64,000 nucleotides of DNA from a virus, in IMG/VR virus record IMGVR_UViG_3300021338_000004, positions 1-64,000 of that record; one strand, 5' to 3'. This document shows positions 43,272-52,379 of this stretch, one piece after another. Each line of letters opens with the position of its first letter. Positions within the stretch are counted from its first letter, which is position 1. Under the pieces are notes generated by a model. It did no database searches and was not told the DNA's origin. It saw only the letters and a program-made list of their open reading frames with translations. The translations under genes and the position numbers were made by a program.

Positions 43272-44449
43272 AAATCCTCCGCCAAGGCTTTCACCTGACT
43301 AATGGGCATGCCATTCATGCCAGAAAATACTTTGTAGGCTTGCTCTGGGCTGGATCCGTATAGTTTTGCGCGGTCCAGTTCGGCTCTCAGTGCAACTTTA
43401 AGGGCGTCTTTTGATTTTGAAGGCTTGGATGCAGCTTTCTTGACGGCATCAATCGCCTTTTGACGACCGGCTTTCTCTTTCGCTAAGCGTTGCTTCAGGT
43501 TGCGGACCTGTGCCTGAAGCGAGGCAACCATTTTTTTGTCTTTGAGTGATTCCGAGAATCCTTTCTGCGCATTCTGGATCCGCTTCAACGCCCGTTCAGC
43601 GGCGTCTCGGTCAACGTCTTTAGGGCGCGCGCGGCTCAGTGCCTTGTGTTCATCCTGTTTCAGAAATGCACCGCTGGCTGTGCCGCCATAGCTGATCTGA
43701 GCGGCTTGTTTCTCCATGGCCTGGCCTAGAGTCGCTTGCACTGTTGGCGACTTGAGCGCTGAAAGCGTCTTAATAACGTGCTTACAGCAGCAGCCGGTTA
43801 GGTTGGGGTTGCGAATCTTAGGGAAGTCTTTTTCATACGGAGTCAACGCAAAGTTACCCACGGTTGCGATGTAGCGATACCAGAACTGGTGGCGACCACA
43901 GGGGCAATCAAACGAAACTTTCCCACGGGAAATTAAGTCTCTTGCAGCGCTGTAGTAGTTTGATGCGCTGGTCAAGGCGCTCATCCAGCCTTCCAGGCGG
44001 ACGCGAACCTGGTAATGGCTCTGCTCACTTCCAGGACTTGCCGCCACCAGGAATGTGAGCGTGCCCGCCCCTACCTTATAAAGGCGGGCATAACTGATTT
44101 CCTTAGCCCGTGCTATATCGGCCTTGTCAGACGACGCCACCAGCTGATCGATCAACGCACCACGACTTGACCCGTATTTCTTTGCTGTGTGGCGGCGGGA
44201 TTGATCAAAGCCGCGCATATCGTCCGCTGTAAACGGCGTTCCATCGGCTTTTCGACCGATTAGAACTTCCATCTGCGGCGGTACATCACCGGTTCTGATA
44301 GCCTCCCTGATCTGTGCAGGGCTTAACGTGCGCTGGGCGTATTGCCGTTCCTGAATGTTGTCTCGACGCTGCGCATTCAGCCACGCATCCGCTTTACGCC
44401 AATCTGCAGACTTCCACTCTCGGAACACTCGCTTATTTGATGCCATCAC
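43268..44449 (-). CDS. P1 gp25-like protein with SWIM-type zinc finger
   Basis: GKVSFDCPCGRHQFWYRY..FPKIRNPNLTGCCCKHV. Confidence 0.85.
   Translation of the reverse strand: MMASNKRVFREWKSADWRKADAWLNAQRRDNIQERQYAQRTLSPAQIREAIRTGDVPPQMEVLIGRKADGTPFTADDMRGFDQSRRHTAKKYGSSRGALIDQLVASSDKADIARAKEISYARLYKVGAGTLTFLVAASPGSEQSHYQVRVRLEGWMSALTSASNYYSAARDLISRGKVSFDCPCGRHQFWYRYIATVGNFALTPYEKDFPKIRNPNLTGCCCKHVIKTLSALKSPTVQATLGQAMEKQAAQISYGGTASGAFLKQDEHKALSRARPKDVDRDAAERALKRIQNAQKGFSESLKDKKMVASLQAQVRNLKQRLAKEKAGRQKAIDAVKKAASKPSKSKDALKVALRAELDRAKLYGSSPEQAYKVFSGMNGMPISQVKALAEDL
43919..43932. promoter_or_regulatory. parS-like palindrome with one mismatch, inside gp25
   Basis: TTTCCCACGGGAAA. Confidence 0.5.
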
Positions 44450-44753
44450 TCACTTCCATGTAGTGCCGGATCCGCGAACGTATCCAAGAGGCGGGCGGTA
44501 GTGGCACCTTGGAGCCGATGCGCATTTGTCCTCTGAGGTCATCAAGGCCGGCACTTATTGCGACAACGCGCTTGGGGGATGCAGTCCCGTAGTAACGATA
44601 GGCAACAAGATCAGGCCTGTGTGCTTCATCAGCTGAGATTTCCCATGAATCCCACTGATCGCGCTCAGGCGATGTGCGCAGCTCCATGTAAAAGTCCCGG
44701 CGAACCAGTGCATCTTTTATGTTTGCGGGATCCAGACGCGGTATAGGCTCCAT
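44433..44753 (-). CDS. Baseplate protein (P1 gp26-like, LysM-like)
   Basis: DEAHRPDLVAYRYYG..AGLDD..LPPASWIR. Confidence 0.8.
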   Translation of the reverse strand: MEPIPRLDPANIKDALVRRDFYMELRTSPERDQWDSWEISADEAHRPDLVAYRYYGTASPKRVVAISAGLDDLRGQMRIGSKVPLPPASWIRSRIRHYMEVSDGIK

Positions 44754-45403
44754 TAACCCTCTCCATTCAGGCGTTTGGCGAGCTGCTGATCTACACCAAT
44801 GGTGATTGCATACAGCGATGGCGGGATTGCAGGCTCTGAACGTATTCCAATGGCGTCCATGAATTCACCTATGTATCGATCACTCATCTGGTGCATCACA
44901 GGTCCGGCCAGAATACTAAGCAATATGCAGCGCTGTTCGGAGCTGAACGCACTGTGATCCATCCGGTAACGATTGCGCCCTTTCTCATCTTGCTCAACGT
45001 CCAGGGTTTCATCACTGAACCAGGAGGATTGCAACGACCCCGCCAGGATAATGCGCCCTCGCTGACTGCCTTTTTTCTCGCCCATATTGGTCAGCGAGGT
45101 GTAATGATCCAGTGCGACATTCAGAAAGGTACGGCCCTCTTCGGCGTAAACTTCATCAAATCCGAGGCAGAAACCGTATTCCTGGAATGTCTGGGTGCGG
45201 TCTTCGATCAAAATATCGAAGCCATCGGCAGCAGCCTTCTTTAGATCGTCTATCAGGCGTGGCTTCCACGACATAAACATGCCTGAAATAGGTTCTGCTT
45301 TTGCCACTGTGAGCATATCGCCATCGTATACGGCATAGGCCTTCATGCGACGGGATCCACCCAAGCTAACAACCAGTAGTTTTTTCATCGAATCCCGCCT
45401 CAT
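44753..45403 (-). CDS. Possible Mat-like (particle maturation) protein
   Basis: Recalled similarity: LVVSL..GFDILIED..G+TFL..DEKG. Confidence 0.5.
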   Translation of the reverse strand: MRRDSMKKLLVVSLGGSRRMKAYAVYDGDMLTVAKAEPISGMFMSWKPRLIDDLKKAAADGFDILIEDRTQTFQEYGFCLGFDEVYAEEGRTFLNVALDHYTSLTNMGEKKGSQRGRIILAGSLQSSWFSDETLDVEQDEKGRNRYRMDHSAFSSEQRCILLSILAGPVMHQMSDRYIGEFMDAIGIRSEPAIPPSLYAITIGVDQQLAKRLNGEG

Positions 45404-45596
45404 AAATCGTCACCACTGCTTTTTTCCCATGCTCCTTATGGAATGCATCAGCCTGTTTTATCAGCGCTTCCCGAACGGTTTTGCGCTGCCTGACGGGCAC
45501 CTGGCTTTCATCCAGTCTCAGAAGCAGTAGTTGGTCATCGTAGTGCTCTACCCAAAGGGCACGGTAAATGATTTCTCTGCCATCAATGAGCGGCAT
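45366..45596 (-). CDS. Hypothetical protein
   Basis: GGGAG RBS; first gene of the late operon. Confidence 0.55.
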   Translation of the reverse strand: MPLIDGREIIYRALWVEHYDDQLLLLRLDESQVPVRQRKTVREALIKQADAFHKEHGKKAVVTIYEAGFDEKTTGC

Positions 45597-45695
45597 GCTC
45601 TGCTCCCTGCGTTAATTTGGTTTCATCCAGGCACAAGGGTGCACACGAACCAAAGGGCATGCATCAACACGTTTTTTTTGTCTGATATTTTTTTT

Positions 45696-45910
45696 TTGAT
45701 GTTTGCTGGTGGAGAGATATGTAGATTCGCAATCGTTCTTGCTTGGGTGCGCCGGCTGAAATGCTGAAGATCATGAAAGGCGCGCATCAATCAGTAATGC
45801 TGGTTGGCTTCACATACCCTGCTGCGAGTACTCAAAACCTACTTCAGGTTCAGGTTTAATCCCGCTCTGTTACACGACGTTCTTACCGGCCCCAAGGGCC
45901 GGTTTTTTTT
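45696..45910 (+). ncRNA. Putative late-expressed small RNA (or 32-aa peptide mRNA), including promoter and terminator
   Basis: Promoter matches the capsid promoter at both boxes; plus-strand terminator ACCGGCCC-CAA-GGGCCGGT-T7. Confidence 0.5.
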
Positions 45911-45919
45911 GCCTAAATA

Positions 45920-46318
45920 TCACGCTTTGATGAAGTCTTGCGGCCCTAAGTGGGTAACCGCGGCAGTATAGATGGGCTCAGCCCCAAAGCAGACATCGTT
46001 AAGCATGTCGCTAAATATCTGTATTGTTGCTTCTTTGGATATCGGGATTTCATGCCGGAACTGACATAGCACGTCATGAACCAAGCTAGCATCGTGTGTG
46101 ATTCGCTTGCCTTCATGCATGCGCCCGTCAGGCGTGCCAATCACAAACAGACCCAGGACATCATACTTCGGCGAACATCCGTCCCATGCATAACCGGTTC
46201 TAATTGTTATTTTCCCATGGGAAATTGAGCACCACTCATTGTGATGCTCAATACCCTCAAGCAACGGGTGCTTAAAGGTTTCTGGCTCCTTCAGTTTGTA
46301 TAAATAAACCTTCCCCAT
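45920..46318 (-). CDS. DUF1353-like protein
   Basis: GYAWDGCSP..ASLVHDVLCQ. Confidence 0.7.
   Translation of the reverse strand: MGKVYLYKLKEPETFKHPLLEGIEHHNEWCSISHGKITIRTGYAWDGCSPKYDVLGLFVIGTPDGRMHEGKRITHDASLVHDVLCQFRHEIPISKEATIQIFSDMLNDVCFGAEPIYTAAVTHLGPQDFIKA
46211..46224. promoter_or_regulatory. parS-like palindrome (intragenic)
   Basis: TTTCCCATGGGAAA. Confidence 0.7.
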
Positions 46319-47106
46319 CAGCCATCACCCAGCTCGTTCAGAATCATGGTGCGTGCATTTTCAAGCGTGTAGCTGCGGTTTACCTTGCCGATACCCTCGC
46401 CCTCAACAAACGCCTCCAGCTTATCAATATCTGGAATGACCTTGATCACCTCGATATCCAGATCCATGCGTTCAGCCGGTGGCGTTTCGAGCATAGATAG
46501 AGCCAGCTCTCGCCAGTCATCCGCCGTTTGTGCGTTATCGATACTGAGATTTAGTGGTACACCACGGAGAAGAGAGTCATGCAGCACCGGTGTAAAGAGA
46601 CCTTCCTGCAGATAGAGACCAATCCCTTTGATAAACGCCGGGTGCTTGATGTAGATATCACCGGACAGCTGATCGTCTTTTATCTGCTGCACTTTGATAT
46701 GGGTGCTGGCGCGTTCGTAGATGCTGTCCAACACCGCCTCTGGTATCTGCGCGCGGAACTCCCGTGATGTAAACAGCGTTTTATACTGCACAGGCTCAGG
46801 CGGCGGTGGGTCTAGCAAATCACGCAGGGGTGTTAACAGAGCGCGGTTTACAACGATCATCTCTGTGCCGCTCTGTAGCTCAGCCGCAGCGGCATCGATT
46901 ACTGATTGAAGCGTTGCTTCGGGTTCTTCGCCTTCGGCCACCGGTGTGGGCAGATCGAAGACCGGCACATCAGGTTCCGCTGCTGTGTAGATGCCGTAGA
47001 TCTGATCGTTAACAGTTATCGTGCCCGGATTAGGTTGTGCCAGTTGCAGCGGGTGTTCTTCAGGAAGCGCTGAGATCAGCGCGAGTGTGTAGAGATCAGC
47101 GCGCAT
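46318..47106 (-). CDS. Hypothetical protein (possible fibre-associated chaperone)
   Basis: Translationally coupled to the 1070-aa gene. Confidence 0.6.
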   Translation of the reverse strand: MRADLYTLALISALPEEHPLQLAQPNPGTITVNDQIYGIYTAAEPDVPVFDLPTPVAEGEEPEATLQSVIDAAAAELQSGTEMIVVNRALLTPLRDLLDPPPPEPVQYKTLFTSREFRAQIPEAVLDSIYERASTHIKVQQIKDDQLSGDIYIKHPAFIKGIGLYLQEGLFTPVLHDSLLRGVPLNLSIDNAQTADDWRELALSMLETPPAERMDLDIEVIKVIPDIDKLEAFVEGEGIGKVNRSYTLENARTMILNELGDG

Positions 47107-50100
47107 TACACGGCCTCCTTGAGTAGTTCTCTGACGGATGCACCGCCAATATTGTATAGAGCAGATCCATCGACTCGATAGATTGCAAAATTTGCATTTT
47201 CAGCAATGAAGTCGCCCTTAATATCTGAGTTAAAGGCGCTATCCAAGTTGTTATAGGCCGTGCTGGACCCAGCTTTTAGAGCGCCAGAAATACGCTCAAC
47301 ATCGTAAACTTCACCGCGATACGTTTGTCCGACCGTTAGAACATTGCTCTGACGAACATAGGCCATACCATCGACGGTAGCGTCCAATTGCGCGACTCCG
47401 TTTACAACATCAACATTTTTCAAAGCCCAGCCGATAGCACCCTCAGAGAAGTCTGCGTTTGAAAGGCGCTCTGGGCTCAACCACTCCCGCACATGATCGC
47501 CCTGGTAGACAAACTTCGGATATGCGTCAGCAGGAGGGTTTTCGATAGCTCCGGCGTTGGGAGCTTCCCGAACATCAAGAATGCTCAGTGTTAGCCGCTT
47601 TCCTGTAGCCATGTTCCCCGTTCGTTGGGCAAATACACGAATAGGCCCATCAGTAGCCGTAAATACGAACTCTGCGGTGTCTCCCGAATCAATCCCGGTT
47701 TTTGCCGCCAATGTTTGTAATGACGCCGCATCCCACGCCTTCGCATACCAGCTTTCACCACCACTGGTTTCTGCGCCAATACGTACCGCATATGTTTTGC
47801 CAGGCTCAGTAGGTACAACTACATAGATGTATGCCCAACTGTCAGCGGTTGCGGTTAACGTGTTTTCAGACACAACGCCATTACCTGCTGCCGCAAACGG
47901 CAGCCCCGCTGCAATATTCGCCCCAGAATCCGCCAGTGCGTCATACAGAATGCCGGTTTCCGAATCCATGAGGTACAGGCGGGAGTTTGTTAAGGGTGCA
48001 TCTAAGTCAATCCACGCCTCATACAGCCTGTACCCTTTTCCATAAGGGACGCTGGTTGTACCCGACGGCCAGCTACCACCAATGCTATCGAGCGTTATCT
48101 CAACCGCCTCGCGGTTATTTGAGTCATCCCTACGTTCATTATCTATGCGCGCGACATAGCCTGACTCAGTAGATTGAACGGCAATTTCCACTAATCCCGT
48201 GAAATCTAAACCCGCTATGTCATGCACGGTGTGATTGCCACCACCAACATATAGCCTCAACGAGTTTTTCCATAAAATTAGGCGATCACCACCGAGCGAA
48301 GAATTCGCCGATATATGCATACCTAGATAGGCAATATCGATGTCGGCAGGAATAGAGAGCTTGCTTGTAATTTCAATACTAGTTGCTGTCCACGGCTCAA
48401 CACGCCCCTTCATGCTTACGCCATCAAAGTACGGTATTGGACGAACCTTGCCCGCTCTGTTCTTCAGTAGCGCCTCAATGCGGCGACGCAATTTGTAGAG
48501 TGGAGAGGCTGGGATAGCACGCCGGACGCCGACCGAAATTGTGCCCACGAATTTAGATCCTGCCTCAGTTTGCAATGTTACATTCACCTTCCCATCAACT
48601 GGGGTGACTATCCGCTCAAACTCAAGCGAGGCCGCCGCTCCAAACCACGGTTCGCCCCCAGCCAGTTGATAATCGACTTTGATCCTTCCGGTAGATCCCG
48701 GCGTGGCCCTCATTGCTATTCTGTAATGCTCACCGACAAACGATGAAAACCCCAACAGAACGCTGGCCCAGTCAGCTTCGCTTCCATCCCACGTTGTGAT
48801 TGAATTTTGGGTTACTAATTCATCAACCCCGATAAGATCACCGTCATCTACCCGATAGCGGCGTACTGCATCAAGCGGCATGTTATGAACACGCCCCCAG
48901 CCTGGGGCGCGGCGAATCGAAAAACGAACACCAGATTGAGCACGACCAAACTCACGAAACACAGCTGTAGTTCCAGCGGCATCAATCACGTGCAATCCGT
49001 TTGAAAGACGCGGTCCCCAGCCAGATATTTCATAGAATCGCAGAGATGAATCGTCGCTCAGCCCCGAAATGTTGAGCAGGTATGTCGCCCCGGCATTCAT
49101 CCCCACTGCCAGCGTTACGTTTTGATCAAGCGGAAGATCTGATATGCCAGTGTGTAATTCTGCACCAAGCTCACCACCCGGCGCTTCGTTCTCAATCACA
49201 CTATCGCGGCGTTTGAACGTATAACGACGAACAACTGTCTTACCGTCATTAACTTGCACCAGCGGCATCGGCCCTTTCCAGTGACCACCCGTTGAATCCG
49301 GGTGTCGGGCAACGATAAACCCGCTCAAATCGCCGTTAAAATCGGTCAGCCCTCGAAATACCTCAACGCCATCAACTTCAACAACAGCTTGGTCGCCATC
49401 TATGTACATTTCATATCTGCGGCGGAGGCCATCGCTGATGGGAATAGTTTCGACATACAACGAGCCATGACCAACCAGCAGATTGCCGTTTTGCTCTGCC
49501 AGATAAAAGCGGTTTCCCGAGTGACGCCCTGCCATAAATCGCGCGCCTGTGCTCACCTCTGTTGTCGAGTCTTCAACAATCAAACGCGGCTTAGCAATCG
49601 CGGGCAGCGGCTCAACTTCAGCATACATGCCCTCACCGTCGAAGTGAGTAATATCAACTTCGGCTGGTGGCTCATCTTCGTCAACAATTTCCGGCACCGG
49701 GCTGCCAACACGCCAAATACCCGGGTTGGTCGGACTTAGATCGAACTCGTGATAGCTTTCTTCCCCTGTGTCCAGGTTTTTTATATTGATCGCCGGCAAG
49801 AACCCTTCGAAATATTGCCAGACTGGTGCGCCCTGCAAATCAGGGAATGGCATATCAACAACGCCGCCCACCATAAGCTGAGATATCGATAGATTGGGTT
49901 CACCATCAACAAAGGACGCTTCCCCTCTATCAATGCGAACCCCAAAAGCCTCGCTTTGGGAGATCAGGTCAATACGGTGCAGCGCATTATCATGCCACTT
50001 GCCCTGCTGAAGGGGGATTCTCAGTTTTGGCTTAAGCTCGTACCAAACAACCAACTCATCACTCACGGTGACGTGCAAGCCGTCAGGATCCGTGCTGGCC

Positions 50101-50318
50101 AATAGCATCTGAAGGTGCGTCTTTTGGGTGGATACCCAAAGCGTGATTTTAAAATTAGTCGCATCAAAACGCGGCAGCTTTACTGCCAACTGGTCATTCT
50201 TATGCGGTACAAATGGCTGCACATACGCGAATCGGCTCGGCCAAGCGCGCTGGTGTTTTGCAAGATGCGACGCACCAAACATCGGCGCTATATGTCCCAG
50301 CTTTTGCTGGATGATCAT
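47106..50318 (-). CDS. Large beta-sandwich-rich virion appendage (LamG/CBM-like repeats)
   Basis: THFDGEGMY and PYFDGVSM LamG-like starts; CBM-like PTEPGKTY and NADFSEG..W segments. Confidence 0.6.
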   Translation of the reverse strand: MIIQQKLGHIAPMFGASHLAKHQRAWPSRFAYVQPFVPHKNDQLAVKLPRFDATNFKITLWVSTQKTHLQMLLASTDPDGLHVTVSDELVVWYELKPKLRIPLQQGKWHDNALHRIDLISQSEAFGVRIDRGEASFVDGEPNLSISQLMVGGVVDMPFPDLQGAPVWQYFEGFLPAINIKNLDTGEESYHEFDLSPTNPGIWRVGSPVPEIVDEDEPPAEVDITHFDGEGMYAEVEPLPAIAKPRLIVEDSTTEVSTGARFMAGRHSGNRFYLAEQNGNLLVGHGSLYVETIPISDGLRRRYEMYIDGDQAVVEVDGVEVFRGLTDFNGDLSGFIVARHPDSTGGHWKGPMPLVQVNDGKTVVRRYTFKRRDSVIENEAPGGELGAELHTGISDLPLDQNVTLAVGMNAGATYLLNISGLSDDSSLRFYEISGWGPRLSNGLHVIDAAGTTAVFREFGRAQSGVRFSIRRAPGWGRVHNMPLDAVRRYRVDDGDLIGVDELVTQNSITTWDGSEADWASVLLGFSSFVGEHYRIAMRATPGSTGRIKVDYQLAGGEPWFGAAASLEFERIVTPVDGKVNVTLQTEAGSKFVGTISVGVRRAIPASPLYKLRRRIEALLKNRAGKVRPIPYFDGVSMKGRVEPWTATSIEITSKLSIPADIDIAYLGMHISANSSLGGDRLILWKNSLRLYVGGGNHTVHDIAGLDFTGLVEIAVQSTESGYVARIDNERRDDSNNREAVEITLDSIGGSWPSGTTSVPYGKGYRLYEAWIDLDAPLTNSRLYLMDSETGILYDALADSGANIAAGLPFAAAGNGVVSENTLTATADSWAYIYVVVPTEPGKTYAVRIGAETSGGESWYAKAWDAASLQTLAAKTGIDSGDTAEFVFTATDGPIRVFAQRTGNMATGKRLTLSILDVREAPNAGAIENPPADAYPKFVYQGDHVREWLSPERLSNADFSEGAIGWALKNVDVVNGVAQLDATVDGMAYVRQSNVLTVGQTYRGEVYDVERISGALKAGSSTAYNNLDSAFNSDIKGDFIAENANFAIYRVDGSALYNIGGASVRELLKEAV

Positions 50319-50629
50319 GTCCGAATTACCCCCAGCTGAACAACGGCATCAGCCTCACTGGTTTCTGAAAACGGCCCAAGCTCAACTTTATGTATTTTGC
50401 TACGGACCACCCCCTCAAACCCTTCGAATGGAAGATGCTCTCTTGGGTAAAGGAGAAATCCAATATCGTCTGACCCTGGCGGGGAATCTTCACCAGATAT
50501 GTGAATGCGGACAGTCATGGTCTCGGACTGATTCTGAATGGAAACAGAACTGTGCGATGTGCTGTTGGCATGTACCTCCCAGTGGTCTGGGTATGATTTT
50601 TCGGTCACGGTATTCGTTGTGGGCATCAC
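50315..50629 (-). CDS. Small beta-rich hypothetical protein
   Basis: First gene of the appendage operon. Confidence 0.55.
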   Translation of the reverse strand: MMPTTNTVTEKSYPDHWEVHANSTSHSSVSIQNQSETMTVRIHISGEDSPPGSDDIGFLLYPREHLPFEGFEGVVRSKIHKVELGPFSETSEADAVVQLGVIRT

Positions 50630-50758
50630 GTTCCCCTGTATGAGCTATGTCAGGATGATAAGCAGGGGATGCCATTGCCGAATCAAAAATTAAATATTGT
50701 TACGACTCATGTTGCCGTTCGATAGATTGCCTTTTCCTACTTCACTATTTGGTCATTT

Positions 50759-50788
50759 GCCGCTGGGCCCTCCTGGCGGTATTTTTTT
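50759..50788 (+). terminator. Plus-strand intrinsic terminator upstream of the recombination site
   Basis: GCCGCTGGG-CCCT-CCTGGCGGT-ATTTTTTT. Confidence 0.6.
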
Positions 50789-50797
50789 ACCCACCTC

Positions 50798-50831
50798 AAT
50801 TCGTTATAAAACATATCTTTTATAACGAATT
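50798..50831. other. 34-bp loxP-shaped recombination site
   Basis: AATTCGTTATAAA-ACATATCT-TTTATAACGAATT. Confidence 0.75.
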
Positions 50832-50862
50832 CAGCAAAATCAGCACTTTCAGGCCAAGCCAC

Positions 50863-50917
50863 TAGACAATATTTTTTTATTTAGTTATAAAATATTTAAA
50901 TAATACGATTTTATAAC
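50863..50917 (+). promoter_or_regulatory. Recombinase promoter overlapped by a second binding site
   Basis: TAGACA-N17-TATAAA; GTTATAAAA-N16-TTTTATAAC (50884-50917). Confidence 0.65.
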
Positions 50918-50939
50918 CAATAAGGGGTTTGGCGCTGAC

Positions 50940-51554
50940 ATGGCAGGAAAACAAGCAAAGATCCTCTCTAAGCAGCAGCAGCGACTCGCGTTAGCGTATT
51001 TAGATGGCACACGATGGCCTGAACGCAACCGGGTCATGTTTTTGCTCAGCGTGAAGGCGGGATTGCGATCGAAAGAGATCGCGGCATTGTCAATGTGGAA
51101 CGTTGCTGACTGGGAGTACCAGGTGCTCGATTTTATCGAAATCACCGACAAGGACTCCAAAGGAAAAAAAGGCGGCCGAAAAATTCCGCTGAACCAGCAG
51201 CTCAAAGAGGAGCTTCAGATACTGATCGATCAGGTCAGGACGCTTCCCAACGGGTCTGATCCAAGCATGCCGATTATCCGAAGCGAAAGAGCTGGCCGCA
51301 CAGAAAAAACTTCACCACAGGTAATAACCAACTGGTTTAAGCGTCTGTATGGGCCAGCAGGGTTAAATTTTGCCGGCTGCTCCTCGCATAGTGGCCGTCG
51401 TACGTTTGGCACCATGGCTGCTCGCAACATCTCAGCTGCAGGAGGCTCTTTAAAGGATGTGAAGTATTTAATGGGACACAGCAGCATACAGACAACACAA
51501 ACCTACATTGACGAAACCGAAGAAGCGAAACGAAACGTCGTTAATATGATTTAA
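50940..51554 (+). CDS. Tyrosine recombinase, catalytic domain only (putative dimer resolvase)
   Basis: GLRSKE, SKG, HSGRR, GHSS, QTY give the R-K-H-R-H-Y catalytic set. Confidence 0.92.
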   Translation: MAGKQAKILSKQQQRLALAYLDGTRWPERNRVMFLLSVKAGLRSKEIAALSMWNVADWEYQVLDFIEITDKDSKGKKGGRKIPLNQQLKEELQILIDQVRTLPNGSDPSMPIIRSERAGRTEKTSPQVITNWFKRLYGPAGLNFAGCSSHSGRRTFGTMAARNISAAGGSLKDVKYLMGHSSIQTTQTYIDETEEAKRNVVNMI

Positions 51555-51566
51555 GGAACGCAACTT

Positions 51567-52001
51567 ATGCTATCTACCCCGCAAATAGACTCATTCCTGG
51601 CGCAGTTCAACGAAAGTCCGTTGGCGTTATCACTGGATCATTACCTGGTAGACCGCGCCAAGGAATGGAACGGACAAGCAAACGCCCTTGCAGGCATCGT
51701 CAATCCCGCATCGCTGCTTTACAAATTAGAGGACCGCTTTGGCTTTGATCCTAATAGTCCTGAGTGGAATTCAGAATGGAACTCCCACCATAAGCAGCTG
51801 GCTTTCATTAAAGCTTTCAAATGCTTACAGCGGGAATCAGTAATTGAGATTGTCAGCTTAACCAAAACCAAACTTACATTAGGATTCATTCACAACAGCG
51901 CCGGAGCCCCGTTTAAGCTCGTTTTTTCGGGAAAAACAGCGTGCCATGCCGAACGATTACTACTACCGGCCCGCTGGCTAAAGTCCAATGAATGGATTTA
52001 A
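51567..52001 (+). CDS. Hypothetical protein, co-transcribed with the recombinase
   Basis: AAGGA RBS. Confidence 0.65.
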   Translation: MLSTPQIDSFLAQFNESPLALSLDHYLVDRAKEWNGQANALAGIVNPASLLYKLEDRFGFDPNSPEWNSEWNSHHKQLAFIKAFKCLQRESVIEIVSLTKTKLTLGFIHNSAGAPFKLVFSGKTACHAERLLLPARWLKSNEWI

Positions 52002-52207
52002 GAAATTGTGACATGTCACAACGCAAAGGAATGGACATGAATATATTTAACTACTCACTGCGCTACCTGGAGCGCTACCTGGCGCGCAAGCTGGTACGCT
52101 GGCTGGTAAAGCAAGCACTAGATCGCCCCCTACTCACATTGTCAGCCGTTGGATTGTTAGCAATCGCCTATGCTGCCCACCAGCTATTCCCGGACCTTTT
52201 TGCATAG
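51992..52207 (+). CDS. Small membrane protein (start probably about 52031-52037)
   Basis: C-terminal hydrophobic helix. Confidence 0.5.
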   Translation: MDLRNCDMSQRKGMDMNIFNYSLRYLERYLARKLVRWLVKQALDRPLLTLSAVGLLAIAYAAHQLFPDLFA

Positions 52208-52210
52208 CAA

Positions 52211-52224
52211 TTTCCCATGGGAAA
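52211..52224. promoter_or_regulatory. parS-like palindrome
   Basis: TTTCCCATGGGAAA. Confidence 0.7.
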
Positions 52225-52333
52225 GCATGCTTGAGCAGTGTTCCTGTTAGACCAATGATAGAGCCGGAAAATATCCGGCCATCGTTCCTATTTTATATTC
52301 ATTGATAACAGCAACCCATCAGCGCCCCATCCA

Positions 52334-52378
52334 AATAAAACCCTCTCCATAGGAGATCTAATTGAGAGGGTTTTATTT
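52334..52378. terminator. Bidirectional terminator after pacB
   Basis: AATAAAACCCTCTC..GAGAGGGTTTTATT. Confidence 0.7.
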
Positions 52379-52379
52379 C

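Noticed and set aside
50798-51554. Prophage integrase with attL/attR
   Set aside because: Phage genes on both sides, no arm-binding domain and no host junction; fits a resolvase site
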